From assembly GCF_000196355.1 (NCBI RefSeq), contig NC_007614.1:2280001-2312000 (forward strand): a stretch of 32,000 bases of DNA, in the 5' to 3' direction. The translations under genes and the position numbers were made by a program. Below the pieces are notes generated by a model. It was not told the DNA's origin, did not search any database, and was given only the letters and a program-made list of their open reading frames with translations. The stretch is from Nitrosospira multiformis ATCC 25196 (GTDB lineage Bacteria; Pseudomonadota; Gammaproteobacteria; Burkholderiales; Nitrosomonadaceae). Positions within the stretch are counted from its first letter, which is position 1. Each line of letters opens with the position of its first letter. Below, piece by piece: positions 1-9,279 of the stretch.

Positions 1-138
1 CACTTCGGTTTGAGAATCAAATCAAATACGGAAAGCCTGGGCGAAGGTACAACGAACTCGGTCGTCACATCCATTACCGTGGTAATTATTATCGATGCAA
101 TTTTTGCCGTGATCTTTTCGGATGTGGGATTAAGATAA
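1..138 (+). CDS. ABC transporter permease, MlaE-like, C-terminal fragment (5' end outside window)
   Basis: Frame 1 is open from the window edge to TAA at 136-138. The translation ...ESLGEGTTNSVVTSITVVIIIDAIFAVIFSDVGLR has the hydrophobic C-terminal helix typical of MlaE/Ttg2B permeases. It ends 12 nt upstream of the ATPase gene. Confidence 0.6.
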   Translation, partial: HFGLRIKSNTESLGEGTTNSVVTSITVVIIIDAIFAVIFSDVGLR

Positions 139-150
139 AGCGGGAGTCGC

Positions 151-930
151 ATGCCGAAAAATAACTGCATTATCGAGGTGGAAGGGTTGTATACCCGGTT
201 CGGCAATCACGTCGTGCATGAGAATATCGGACTTTGCGTACAGCGTGGAGAAGTATTGACGCTGGTCGGAGGCTCCGGTAGCGGAAAGACCGCGCTCATG
301 CGGCAGATGCTCGGGCTTGAAACCCCCGCGCAAGGCACGGTGAAGGTTTTCGGAGAACCATTGCACGGCCGGAATCGCCAGCAGATACAGAACATGCGAA
401 ACCGCTGCGGGGTATTGTTCCAGAAAGGCGCTCTGTTCAGCGCGTTGTCGGTCTATGACAATATTGCCTTGCCGATGCGTGAGCTGCGCACCCTGGACGA
501 AGAGATGATTCGCGATCTCGTGATGCTCAAGCTTGAAATGGTGGAAATCGCGCCTGTCCATGCAAACAAGATGCCTGCCGAGCTTTCCGGGGGCATGATC
601 AAACGCATCGCGTTGGCGCGGGCGATGGCGCTTAATCCGGAACTCCTGTTTCTGGACGAGCCAACGGCCGGGCTCGATCCAGAGCTCAGTGAGGGATTTG
701 TCCGCCTTATCAAGACGATGCAATCCGAACTGACATTTACGATCATCATGGCGACTCACGACCTCGACACGCTGGTTGCGCTTTCCGATCGTGTCGCGGT
801 GCTGGCGGACAAACATCTGGTGGCGTTGGGAACCGTGCGAGAGGTAATACACACTAAGCACGCTTTCATTTCCAATTTTTTCTGTGGCGTGCGCGGCAGG
901 AAAACTTTGGAAAACAGCAGTATCTTATAG
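151..930 (+). CDS. ABC transporter ATP-binding protein (MlaF-like)
   Basis: Walker A GGSGSGKT, ABC signature LSGGMIKR and Walker B LLFLDEPT are present. A GGGAG SD lies upstream of the ATG. Confidence 0.9.
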   Translation: MPKNNCIIEVEGLYTRFGNHVVHENIGLCVQRGEVLTLVGGSGSGKTALMRQMLGLETPAQGTVKVFGEPLHGRNRQQIQNMRNRCGVLFQKGALFSALSVYDNIALPMRELRTLDEEMIRDLVMLKLEMVEIAPVHANKMPAELSGGMIKRIALARAMALNPELLFLDEPTAGLDPELSEGFVRLIKTMQSELTFTIIMATHDLDTLVALSDRVAVLADKHLVALGTVREVIHTKHAFISNFFCGVRGRKTLENSSIL

Positions 931-939
931 GGGGCGATT

Positions 940-1845
940 ATGGAAAACCGGGCCCACGCCCTTGCGGCTGGTTTATTCGTAATTATTCTGGGTACAGCGC
1001 TGGTGGCTGCCGTCCTGTGGTTCGGCGGGGACACCATGATGCGCAATAAATACATGCTCGTGTCGGAGATGCCGGTCTCAGGCCTGAATTCTCAGGCAAT
1101 AGTACGTTACCGGGGCGTAACGGTCGGAAAAGTCGAGAACATCAAGCTGGATAAAGAGGATCCGCATAAGATTCTGATTCAGATCGCAGTGGACAAGAAC
1201 GTGCCTTTAACCCGGAATGCATTTGCCCAACTGGGCTATCAGGGTTTGACGGGCCTGGCATACGTGCAGTTGAATGATGAGGACGGGGAAACCGAACAAC
1301 TGGAAACTGATTCGGATGAACCCCCTCAAATTCCCCTGCGCCCCTCATTATTCGACAGCATCACCAGTTCGGGCCAGCACCTGCTCGGTACTGCCAGCGT
1401 ATTGATCGAGAGAATGAATCTCCTCCTCGAAGATGAGAATCGGACCCGATTCATGCATATACTGGAAAATACGGAAAAGGCGACGGGACGCCTCTCCAGG
1501 GTTCTCAACCAGCTGGAGCCGGGGCTCAAAGCAATCCCGGGGCTGGCTGCCGATGCAAGTTCGGTGATGAAAAATGCTGACCAGCTTGTGGTCGACCTCA
1601 ACCAGATCACATCGAGGCTGAACCGGCAGGGAGGAGCCATCGACGGCCTTTCCGTAGCCACCGTAGAGCTGGGCGAAACCATGCGGTCATTGCGGGAAGC
1701 AACGGAAGGGATCAAAAATACCACCCGCAGTGTCGACCGAGTGCTACTCCAACTGGAAGATCAACCGACAAGTCTGCTGTTTGGCCGTCCTCCCCCGCCG
1801 CCGGGTCCCGGTGAGACAGGTTTTGTACCGCCAGGAAGTAGATGA
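940..1845 (+). CDS. MCE/MlaD-family substrate-binding protein
   Basis: It has an N-terminal TM anchor (AAGLFVIILGTALVAAVLWF) followed by an MCE-domain pattern (VSGLNSQAIVRYRGVTVGKVENIKLD). It starts 10 nt after the ATPase gene. Confidence 0.85.
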   Translation: MENRAHALAAGLFVIILGTALVAAVLWFGGDTMMRNKYMLVSEMPVSGLNSQAIVRYRGVTVGKVENIKLDKEDPHKILIQIAVDKNVPLTRNAFAQLGYQGLTGLAYVQLNDEDGETEQLETDSDEPPQIPLRPSLFDSITSSGQHLLGTASVLIERMNLLLEDENRTRFMHILENTEKATGRLSRVLNQLEPGLKAIPGLAADASSVMKNADQLVVDLNQITSRLNRQGGAIDGLSVATVELGETMRSLREATEGIKNTTRSVDRVLLQLEDQPTSLLFGRPPPPPGPGETGFVPPGSR

Positions 1846-1846
1846 G

Positions 1847-2500
1847 ATGAAAAAATACCTTGTTCTTGCAGTGGCAATCGCAGCGCTGACGGCGTGCGCC
1901 GCTATTCGTAATCCAGCACCGGTAGCGGTATATGATTTTGGATTACAGCCCCTCCCTGTCGAGCCCAGTGCGGCTGAGACGGGGGGAAACAGGCAATTGC
2001 GGACAAGTCTGCTGGTCACTGATACCATTGCACCCGCCTGGCTCGATAGCACAGCGATCCATTACCGGCTGGCCTACGATGATCCTACGCGGTTTCTTGC
2101 TTATCGCAGCAGCCGCTGGGCCTCCACACCTGCAAAGTTGCTCACGCAACGCGTTAGAACACGCATTGCCGCCCTTAATGAAGGGGGAGTGATGAACACT
2201 GGTGAAGGTGCGCACGCGGATTACATATTGCGGGTCGACCTCGAAGAATTTGCCCAGGTGTTCGATACGCCTTCGCGGAGCAGCGCCATTGTGCAACTTC
2301 GTGCCAGCCTTATCGATCGCACCACCCGTTACCCAGTTTCCCAGCGCAGCTTTGGTGTAGAGGTGCCCGCGCCGACGGCCAATGCTGCAGGTGCCGTAAA
2401 AGCCCTTACGGAGGCGAGCGACCAATTGATTGAAAGCCTGGTCGGATGGCTTGAGCAGGAACTTCGAGATAAAGGAAAGAAAGATTTTTCGGGAGGATGA
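1847..2500 (+). CDS. ABC-type transport auxiliary lipoprotein (PqiC/YmbA-like)
   Basis: The internal ATG at 1847 gives MKKYLVLAVAIAALTAC with a lipobox. It starts 1 nt after the MCE gene stop. Size and position match PqiC-family lipoproteins. The longer ORF from 1730 overlaps the MCE gene and was not used. Confidence 0.7.
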   Translation: MKKYLVLAVAIAALTACAAIRNPAPVAVYDFGLQPLPVEPSAAETGGNRQLRTSLLVTDTIAPAWLDSTAIHYRLAYDDPTRFLAYRSSRWASTPAKLLTQRVRTRIAALNEGGVMNTGEGAHADYILRVDLEEFAQVFDTPSRSSAIVQLRASLIDRTTRYPVSQRSFGVEVPAPTANAAGAVKALTEASDQLIESLVGWLEQELRDKGKKDFSGG

Positions 2501-2780
2501 TGTTTTCAGAACCTGGAACTCATGCCAAATGGCCCCTGCTCCGGCATCTGCTGCTTCCCTGTTCGATTGCCCAAATACAGAACTCCAGCCAACCGCTTCC
2601 CTCGCTGCAAAATTCCCCCTGTCCTTATCACAACGAGCAGCTGGTATGACAGCGCGAATACGGGAATCAGACAAAAACCAGGTTTAAACTGATAACCTGT
2701 CGGCCTGGCAGACTGAACACCTTTAAGCCTCAAACGTCATCTTTCAGGTACCACATTTGCATTTGTATGAGGAAATATTT

Positions 2781-3824
2781 ATGAAACATCCGCTTACTCT
2801 GGCCGCGAGCTTGCTTGCGCTGTCACTGCTCAACGCCTGCGCAGGCAAGGTTCCGCTGCTGAAAAGCAGTTCATCCGCAAAATCCGCTGAATCCGCATAT
2901 CCGACCATAGAGCGGCCGGTCCCGGGATGCGCAGAGGGTGAAAAGGCTTTTGATTGCGACCGGCGCGCTATACTCGCCATGTTAGGTGGATATGAAGTCC
3001 AGTTTAAATTCGACGAAACTGTCATACTGCAACCGGGCTACAAGCGTTCGGAACCGAAGCGCAGCATGGGATTCGAGTTCGTGCTCCTGGTGGAAGATAC
3101 GGGTCGCAAGATTTCATTGCAACACATCCTGGTGATGGGGGGTGGCGCAGTCACCAAGCACTGGCGCCAGGACTGGGTCTATGAAGCACCGACGCGCTGG
3201 GTCTACACGGGCAACCAGCGGTTCGAACAACAAAAGCGTGATCCTGCTGAAATACCGGGAACATGGACACAACTGGTTTATGAAGTAAACGATGCCCCCC
3301 GCTACTCGGGCAATGGCAAATGGAACCATCGATACGATGTATCGACCTGGACTTCGGAGCGCAACTGGCGGCCATTACCACGCCGCGAGTACACCAAGCG
3401 CAGCGACTACCAGATCATCAATACGGAGAACCGCCATACTATTGCACCTCAGGGGTGGACTCATGAGCAGGACAATACCAAGGTCATCCGGACGAAAGAT
3501 GATAAGGATGCGGTATTGGTACGCGAGTTCGGCTTCAATGAATACCGTCGGATCAAAGGTTATGACTTTCAACCTGCGGTAAGCTACTGGCACGATACTT
3601 CCGCCTTCTGGGCAGAGGTGCGCAAGCGATGGGAAAACGAGTTCGCCACTCACGGCGCGATCACCCTATCGGTTGTCGCTGGTGATGAATCCTTTAACAT
3701 GGCAGTCCTCGATCTCGCCGATGCGTACAGGAAAAACCCGCAGGCCGACATCTACCAGAAAAAGCTCGAAGATATCTTCAGCAAATACGTCAACGTCAGG
3801 AAGACACAAACCAGCCTCAGATAA
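2781..3824 (+). CDS. Conserved hypothetical lipoprotein (Trp/Arg-rich, function unknown)
   Basis: The ATG at 2781 is preceded by a GAGGA SD. There is a signal peptide plus lipobox (LSLLNAC). The long uninterrupted ORF has protein-like composition and I recognise no catalytic motif. Confidence 0.7.
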   Translation: MKHPLTLAASLLALSLLNACAGKVPLLKSSSSAKSAESAYPTIERPVPGCAEGEKAFDCDRRAILAMLGGYEVQFKFDETVILQPGYKRSEPKRSMGFEFVLLVEDTGRKISLQHILVMGGGAVTKHWRQDWVYEAPTRWVYTGNQRFEQQKRDPAEIPGTWTQLVYEVNDAPRYSGNGKWNHRYDVSTWTSERNWRPLPRREYTKRSDYQIINTENRHTIAPQGWTHEQDNTKVIRTKDDKDAVLVREFGFNEYRRIKGYDFQPAVSYWHDTSAFWAEVRKRWENEFATHGAITLSVVAGDESFNMAVLDLADAYRKNPQADIYQKKLEDIFSKYVNVRKTQTSLR

Positions 3825-3843
3825 GCAGGCAGTTCCAGATCAT

Positions 3844-4524
3844 CTACTTGAGCGTGCCAAACACCCTGCGGACCAGTTCACTATCCTGATCCGCAGGGTT
3901 ATTGCGTATGGCCTGTTCCTTCTCTGCCATCAACAGATAAATTCCATCCAGGGTTTTTTCCGTGACATGGTTTTCTATATTTGCGTGCTTTTCCGAAATC
4001 AATCCGAGCTTCGCGCCCTTCCCGGCAAAGTCATTGTATTTTTTCAGCACGCCCGCCTGCTCGGTGGCTTTTTTTACAATCGGCAAAAATCGATCGGAAA
4101 GCAAGTCGGATGAGGTGTTACGGAAGTACTGCGTCGCTCCGTCGTCTCCGCCTGCAAGTATCGCTTTCGTATCTTTCACAGGCATATCCTGCACCGCATC
4201 TATCAGCAACGCCCGCCCTTCCGCCGCCGCCGTTTCAGCGGCGTGGTTCATGGCTGCGATCAACCCATCAGCATGTTTGTTCATACCCACGGAGCGCATC
4301 AAACCCTCTGCTTTCTGCAGAGAGGCGGGTAACGGGATTTTTGCCTGGGGGTTATGGAGAAAACCATTTGGAACCCCAAGTGTATCTATTGCCGCATTTA
4401 CACTCAGTGTAAGTGCTTGCTTCAGACCATCGGCCGCGTCTTCATCTGCAAGGGTATCACTTGCTGCAACGGAAACAGGGATGGAAACGAAAAAGCAGAC
4501 AACAATAGCAGGAATGATGCGCAT
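3844..4524 (-). CDS. DUF4197-family periplasmic protein
   Basis: It has a signal peptide MRIIPAIVVCFFVSIPVSVAA. The motif pattern GLKQAL...LGVPNGFLHNPQAKIPLP...NPADQ...VFG is characteristic of DUF4197. Confidence 0.75.
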   Translation of the reverse strand: MRIIPAIVVCFFVSIPVSVAASDTLADEDAADGLKQALTLSVNAAIDTLGVPNGFLHNPQAKIPLPASLQKAEGLMRSVGMNKHADGLIAAMNHAAETAAAEGRALLIDAVQDMPVKDTKAILAGGDDGATQYFRNTSSDLLSDRFLPIVKKATEQAGVLKKYNDFAGKGAKLGLISEKHANIENHVTEKTLDGIYLLMAEKEQAIRNNPADQDSELVRRVFGTLK

Positions 4525-4598
4525 TGGAGTAACTCCTGTCGGGTTTGCATAACCGGCCTTGAAATTCCTCTCCTCGCTGATTCTCTTCGCTAAAACCG

Positions 4599-5549
4599 CT
4601 ACCTCTGTATGATGCCTGCCTCATGCGCCTGCTGATCCGCATGGTAGCTGGACCGGACCATGGGCCCGCACGCGGCGTTGCTGAAACCCATTTCGATCGC
4701 GGCGCGTTCAAATTCCTTAAATGCCCCCGGGGTGACATAACGCATGACAGGAAGATGTCCGATGCTTGGCTGCAGATACTGGCCAATGGTAAGCATCTCG
4801 ACATCATGCTTGCGCAAGTCGCGCATCACGTCGAGGATCTCCTCGTCAGTTTCTCCCAGTCCCAGCATCAATCCGGATTTGGTGGGGATGCCCGGAAAAC
4901 GTGCCTTGAACTCCTTCAATAACCGGAGCGAATGCGTGTAGTCCGCGCCTGGACGGCATTGCCGGTAGAGGCGGGGTACCGTTTCGAGATTGTGGTTCAT
5001 CACATCGGGCGGGCAGGCGAATAATTTTTCCAGCGCAATATCCAGTCTCCCGCGAAAATCCGGCACCAGGATCTCTATCTTTGTCTGCGGCGAATGGGCT
5101 CGAACCTCACGGATGCAATCCACGAAATGCTGAGCTCCTCCATCCCTGAGATCATCGCGGTCAACGCTCGTGATAACCACATATTTCAACTTCATGGCGG
5201 CAATGGATTGCGCGAGGTGCAGAGGTTCTTCGGGGTCCGGAGGACGCGGCCGGCCATGCGCCACGTCGCAGAAGGGACAGCGCCGGGTACAGAGATCGCC
5301 CAGTATCATGAAAGTTGCAGTGCCTTTGCCGAAGCATTCGCCGATGTTGGGACAGGAAGCTTCCTCACATACCGTGTGCAGCTTCTGCTCCCGCAAAATC
5401 CGCTTGACCTCATAAAACTCCTGGCTATTGGAGGATCGCACCCTGATCCAGGAAGGTTTACGCAGCAACTGATCGGTAGATTGCGGCGCGATTTTGACGG
5501 GATTGCGCGCGGTTTTTGCAACGCCTTTCTGGCGACTTTCAATTGTCAT
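4599..5549 (-). CDS. lipA: Lipoyl synthase
   Basis: It carries the auxiliary cluster motif [12 protein letters not shown] and the radical-SAM motif CTRRCPFC. It is full length and lies next to lipB. Confidence 0.95.
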   Translation of the reverse strand: MTIESRQKGVAKTARNPVKIAPQSTDQLLRKPSWIRVRSSNSQEFYEVKRILREQKLHTVCEEASCPNIGECFGKGTATFMILGDLCTRRCPFCDVAHGRPRPPDPEEPLHLAQSIAAMKLKYVVITSVDRDDLRDGGAQHFVDCIREVRAHSPQTKIEILVPDFRGRLDIALEKLFACPPDVMNHNLETVPRLYRQCRPGADYTHSLRLLKEFKARFPGIPTKSGLMLGLGETDEEILDVMRDLRKHDVEMLTIGQYLQPSIGHLPVMRYVTPGAFKEFERAAIEMGFSNAACGPMVRSSYHADQQAHEAGIIQR

Positions 5550-5637
5550 GATAAGGAAGAAACGTCTTCTTGATATTGATCCATATCAATCCGGAATACC
5601 CGGATCGATTGATATCCATCTTTAAATATTCTTGAAA

Positions 5638-6285
5638 TCATTGCTTCAGCCTGGCCTTCAGTTTTTCGGCAAGCTTTCCTTGCAGCGTTTCCAGCTCGTC
5701 GGTTATACCGAGATCGCTGGTTTGCGTAACCCTTAGTCCCGTATAGCCGCAAGGGTTGATAGCCATAAACGGGGCAAGGTCCATGCTGACATTCAGAGCC
5801 AGGCCATGGTAGCAGCATCCATTTTTTATCTTCAGCCCCAGTGCCGCGATTTTTGCTCCGCCAACGTATACACCGGGCGCATCCTCATCGCCGCAGGCGT
5901 TGACGCGATACTCATCCAGCAAGTCTACCACGGCGCCCTCCATTTTTCTGACCAGGTCGCGCACGCCTAACTTGAGGCGCCGCATATCCAGCAACAGGTA
6001 CGCAATAATCTGTCCCGGGCCGTGATAGGTGATTTGACCACCCCGATCCGTGCGTACTACGGGAATGCCTGGATTGCAAAGCAAATGCTCGGGTTTGCCG
6101 GCAACACCCTGGGTATAGACCGGCCAATGCTGCAGCAACCAGATTTCATCAGGGGTATTTTGCGTGCGACTCGCCGTGAAAGCCTTCATCGCCTGCCAGA
6201 TGGAAAGATAATCCATCACTGCAGCATATTTGACTTCAAGTCCTGAAGGACCGGGCACAAACTCCAGGCTAACGGGCTGTATCAC
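5638..6285 (-). CDS. lipB: Octanoyltransferase (lipoyl(octanoyl) transferase)
   Basis: Motifs RGGQITYHGPGQ, KIAALGLKI and NPCGY are present, and the gene lies upstream of lipA. Confidence 0.9.
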   Translation of the reverse strand: MIQPVSLEFVPGPSGLEVKYAAVMDYLSIWQAMKAFTASRTQNTPDEIWLLQHWPVYTQGVAGKPEHLLCNPGIPVVRTDRGGQITYHGPGQIIAYLLLDMRRLKLGVRDLVRKMEGAVVDLLDEYRVNACGDEDAPGVYVGGAKIAALGLKIKNGCCYHGLALNVSMDLAPFMAINPCGYTGLRVTQTSDLGITDELETLQGKLAEKLKARLKQ

Positions 6286-6330
6286 GGAGAAGCTTCCGGA
6301 ATATGAATCGCGGAAGGAATCAGAAATTCG

Positions 6331-6660
6331 CTAAAGTACCATTACCACTGTGGGATGATCGCACAGTTCCTGATATAACGCATCCAGTTGTTCACGAGAA
6401 ACAGCGCGAATCGTGCACGTAAGGCTGAGATAATTGCTTTTTCTGCTGATTCTTACCTCCATGGTCGCCTCGTCAAAATCCGGAGCGTGGCGCTTCACAA
6501 TCGCCAGTACGTTCTGTGAAAAATCCTGCCGCCGGTATTCCAGCGTTGCGGCACTGGGTGGAATGCCGGAGGGCGACCCGACACGCCCCATGATTTTAAT
6601 CGGAAAATCGCAGGGATATTCGATCAGGGTGCTATCGTCAGACGAAGTCACGGGTTTCAC
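6331..6660 (-). CDS. ybeD: YbeD/DUF493-family protein
   Basis: It has the EYPCDFPIKIMG motif and is about 100 aa long. Its position between a dac/dat gene and lipB is conserved. Confidence 0.8.
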   Translation of the reverse strand: MKPVTSSDDSTLIEYPCDFPIKIMGRVGSPSGIPPSAATLEYRRQDFSQNVLAIVKRHAPDFDEATMEVRISRKSNYLSLTCTIRAVSREQLDALYQELCDHPTVVMVL

Positions 6661-6665
6661 GACCT

Positions 6666-7526
6666 TCAGGATATCGAAGATTTGCCTCGCATGGTGGTTT
6701 GTTTATAACTCTGGTAGAGCTGGTAAAACAATGCAAACATTTTGCCCGGCTTTCCCTCACCCACCGGTTGGTTATCGAGACGGGTAATCGGCATGATTTC
6801 TTTGGTCGAGGATGTCAGCAAAAGTTCCTCAGCGGTGCGCACCTCATGCTCCGTAATTGCGCGAACTTCATGGGGAATGCCACTCGCCTGTGCCAGCTCC
6901 AGCACTACGTCATAGGTGATGCCCGGCAGCATCAGGTGATTTTTGGGGGGAGCCAGCAGAATTCCATTTCTTACGACAAAGATATTGCTTGCCGCCCCCT
7001 CAGTCATGAAACCGTCGCGAAACAGCACCGTTTCCAAGGCGCCTTCATCGATCGCCATCTGCCGCAGCAATACGTTGGGCAGGAGCGAGATAGCCTTGAT
7101 ATCACAGCGCAACCATCGATTATCCGCGGCTGAAATCGCTACCACGCCCGTATGCAGCAATCCTGGAGGCGGTGTCAGCAACGGATTGCTCATAATGAAG
7201 ACAGTGGGCGCGACACCTTGTGGAAAGGCATGATCGCGCCGGGCGACACCGCGGGTAATATGCAGGTAGATATACTGATCCTCACCTTCATTCAAGGCGA
7301 CGATTTGTTCGAGCAAATAAGTCCATTCGCTGTCCGAATGCGGATTTTGCAGGCGAATGCCATCGAGGCTGTGCTGGAGCCGGCGCAGATGCTCCGCCAG
7401 ACGAAAAGGTTTGCGGGAATAGACAGGAATAACCTCATATACCCCGTCACCAAAAATAAAACCTCTATCCAGCACAGAGATGCGCGCTTCTTCGATTCTC
7501 AGGAAATCGCCGTTTAGATAGATCAT
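6666..7526 (-). CDS. dat: D-amino-acid aminotransferase (class IV PLP aminotransferase)
   Basis: The N-terminus LDRGFIFGDGVYEVIPVY and the overall fold-type IV pattern match Dat. Confidence 0.8.
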   Translation of the reverse strand: MIYLNGDFLRIEEARISVLDRGFIFGDGVYEVIPVYSRKPFRLAEHLRRLQHSLDGIRLQNPHSDSEWTYLLEQIVALNEGEDQYIYLHITRGVARRDHAFPQGVAPTVFIMSNPLLTPPPGLLHTGVVAISAADNRWLRCDIKAISLLPNVLLRQMAIDEGALETVLFRDGFMTEGAASNIFVVRNGILLAPPKNHLMLPGITYDVVLELAQASGIPHEVRAITEHEVRTAEELLLTSSTKEIMPITRLDNQPVGEGKPGKMFALFYQLYQSYKQTTMRGKSSIS

Positions 7527-7556
7527 GATCAGCCTGGATAGCTCGGGTTTTTGCTT

Positions 7557-8696
7557 CTAGTTAAATAGAAGCCGCATGCTATCCCATGCCCGGCCAAAAA
7601 TATTCGCAGCGCTGACGGTTTCGAGCGCTACCAGCGGATGTTCAACCACCTGCTTCCCTTCGAGCATAAACTTCACTGTACCAACTTTTTGGCCCGCAGC
7701 GACAGGAGCGAGAAGCGGCTGCTTATATTCCATCCTGGCCTTGAGTTTGTCAGTCTGATGGCGGGGAAGCGAAAAATAAACATCATTTCCGAATCCCGTC
7801 CTGAGTTTGTCCTGGTTGCCTTTCCATAATGGAATGGCAACCACCTCCTGCTCTCCCGGATAGAGACGAACCGTATCGTAGAACTGAAAACCATAATTCA
7901 GCAGGCGCTGGCTTTCCATCGCGCGCGCGCTCTCCGAGGCGGTTCCCATCACTACCGCAACCAACCGACGCTGTCCCCGCCTGGCTGAAGTAATGAGGCA
8001 GTAACCGGCTGCGTCAGTGTGTCCCGTCTTCATCCCGTCGACATTCGGGTCGAGCCAGAGCAGGCGGTTCCGGTTCGCCTGAGTAATTTTGTTATAGGTA
8101 TATTCCTTGAGGGAATAGAGTGGATAATATTCCGGAAAATCGCGAATGATGGCGGTTGCGAGCAAGGCGAGATCGTACGCGGTGGTGTAATGGTCCGGGT
8201 CCGGAAGTCCGGTTGAATTGGCAAAACGGGTGTTCTTCATGCCCATGCGCGCCGCCTCCTTGTTCATCGCTTGAGCGAATGCCTCCTCTGATCCTGAAAC
8301 GGCCTCCGCCAGTGCAATGGAGGCGTCGTTTCCTGACTGCACGATCATGCCGCGCATCAATTCATCGACCGTCACGGGCTTCTTCGGCTCGATGAACATG
8401 CGGGAGCCTTGCGCCCGCCAGGCACGTGTCGAGACTGGCACAGCCTGCGTCAAGGTGACACGTTTCTGATACAGAGCTGCAAAAACCACATAAGCCGTCA
8501 TCAGCTTTGTCAGCGATGCCGGATCGACGCGTTCATGGGCATTCTTGCTCACAAGCACCTGTCCGCTCTGAAGATCGGCAAGTATATAAGACTTGGCGGC
8601 GACGGAGAGAGTTTGCGGCGGCGCGTGAAACTGGGGTTGTTGAGCAGCCAGTGGCAGGGCAAGCAGACACAGCGATATAGGAAGCAAGCGTCTCAT
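7557..8696 (-). CDS. D-alanyl-D-alanine carboxypeptidase (PBP5/6 family)
   Basis: SxxK (SLTKLMT), SxN (SGNDAS) and KTG (KTGHT) motifs are present. The start was chosen at the internal ATG 8696, which gives the signal peptide MRRLLPISLCLLALPLAAQ. Confidence 0.9.
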   Translation of the reverse strand: MRRLLPISLCLLALPLAAQQPQFHAPPQTLSVAAKSYILADLQSGQVLVSKNAHERVDPASLTKLMTAYVVFAALYQKRVTLTQAVPVSTRAWRAQGSRMFIEPKKPVTVDELMRGMIVQSGNDASIALAEAVSGSEEAFAQAMNKEAARMGMKNTRFANSTGLPDPDHYTTAYDLALLATAIIRDFPEYYPLYSLKEYTYNKITQANRNRLLWLDPNVDGMKTGHTDAAGYCLITSARRGQRRLVAVVMGTASESARAMESQRLLNYGFQFYDTVRLYPGEQEVVAIPLWKGNQDKLRTGFGNDVYFSLPRHQTDKLKARMEYKQPLLAPVAAGQKVGTVKFMLEGKQVVEHPLVALETVSAANIFGRAWDSMRLLFN

Positions 8697-8857
8697 GGCG
8701 ATCTGCAAAAAAGCGTTATTATATCCCAGCCATATCGAAGACGTTATCCGCCGGGCTTCTGAATCAGTCAAAGGTTATCCCGCGGCTGCAGGCCGCCATG
8801 TCTCTTCAGCAAGACAGACGAATTAGAAATGCTCCGATGCGAATGGACTTTCCGATC

Positions 8858-9214
8858 CTATTTTTCGGCGCGGTTACGCCCGCACAAACTGAACCCGTCG
8901 CTCCATCCCAGCCGGTACTGCTTGTCGTCTGCAAACCTCCGCTCATCCTTTGCGCCATTTGGAGTCTTCTTCGCAGTCTCACAACCGTCGATATAGCCAT
9001 CCTTGAAGCTCGGAGAATAACCAGTAAGGTTGTAAACCGGCCGGGTAGGCTGAGGCGGGGATGAAGGCGCCGTCGAAGTCGGAGGCGCCGTCGAAGTCGG
9101 GGGTGACGGCGGAGGCGGAGATGGAGACTGCGATTCCTTCTGACCTGTAGTGGTAGGGGCGCAACCCAGAATTGTGGTTACCAAAAGAATTGGAATTGCC
9201 GCGATTGCTCGCAT
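8858..9214 (-). CDS. Proline-rich lipoprotein, function unknown
   Basis: The internal ATG at 9214 gives MRAIAAIPILLVTTILGC with a lipobox and avoids overlap with the upstream gene. A Pro/Ser/Thr linker with a tandem PTSTAP repeat is followed by a Cys-containing C-terminal domain (GYIDGCE...GWSDGFSLCG). Confidence 0.6.
   Translation of the reverse strand: MRAIAAIPILLVTTILGCAPTTTGQKESQSPSPPPPSPPTSTAPPTSTAPSSPPQPTRPVYNLTGYSPSFKDGYIDGCETAKKTPNGAKDERRFADDKQYRLGWSDGFSLCGRNRAEK
9066..9101. repeat. 18-bp tandem direct repeat x2 inside the lipoprotein gene
   Basis: GGCGCCGTCGAAGTCGGA at 9066-9083 and GGCGCCGTCGAAGTCGGG at 9084-9101 match at 17/18 positions. They encode PTSTAP-PTSTAP on the minus strand. 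Confidence 0.9.
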
Positions 9215-9279
9215 TGTACTTTCCTCGTTCAGAATGAGATATTTTGCAGGTATCTGACTTCGTTGCGCATTCTGTTTTT

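Noticed and set aside
130-861. 243-aa minus-strand ORF antisense to the ABC ATPase gene.
   Set aside because: It is fully antisense to a gene with clear Walker/signature motifs. Its Arg/His/Gln-rich composition is typical of shadow ORFs in GC-rich DNA.
1943-2674. 243-aa minus-strand ORF antisense to the PqiC-like lipoprotein gene.
   Set aside because: It is a shadow ORF with no SD and no motifs, and the plus-strand gene has lipobox and operon context.
7557-8771. Longer N-terminal extensions offered by the ORF track for dacC-like (to 8771), sucD (to 12854), the lipoprotein (to 9283), ndh (from 19331), nirK (from 15007) and IS orfA (to 30180).
   Set aside because: The internal starts give canonical N-termini (signal peptides, a Rossmann motif or a conserved MAILI start), better SDs, and remove overlaps with neighbouring genes.
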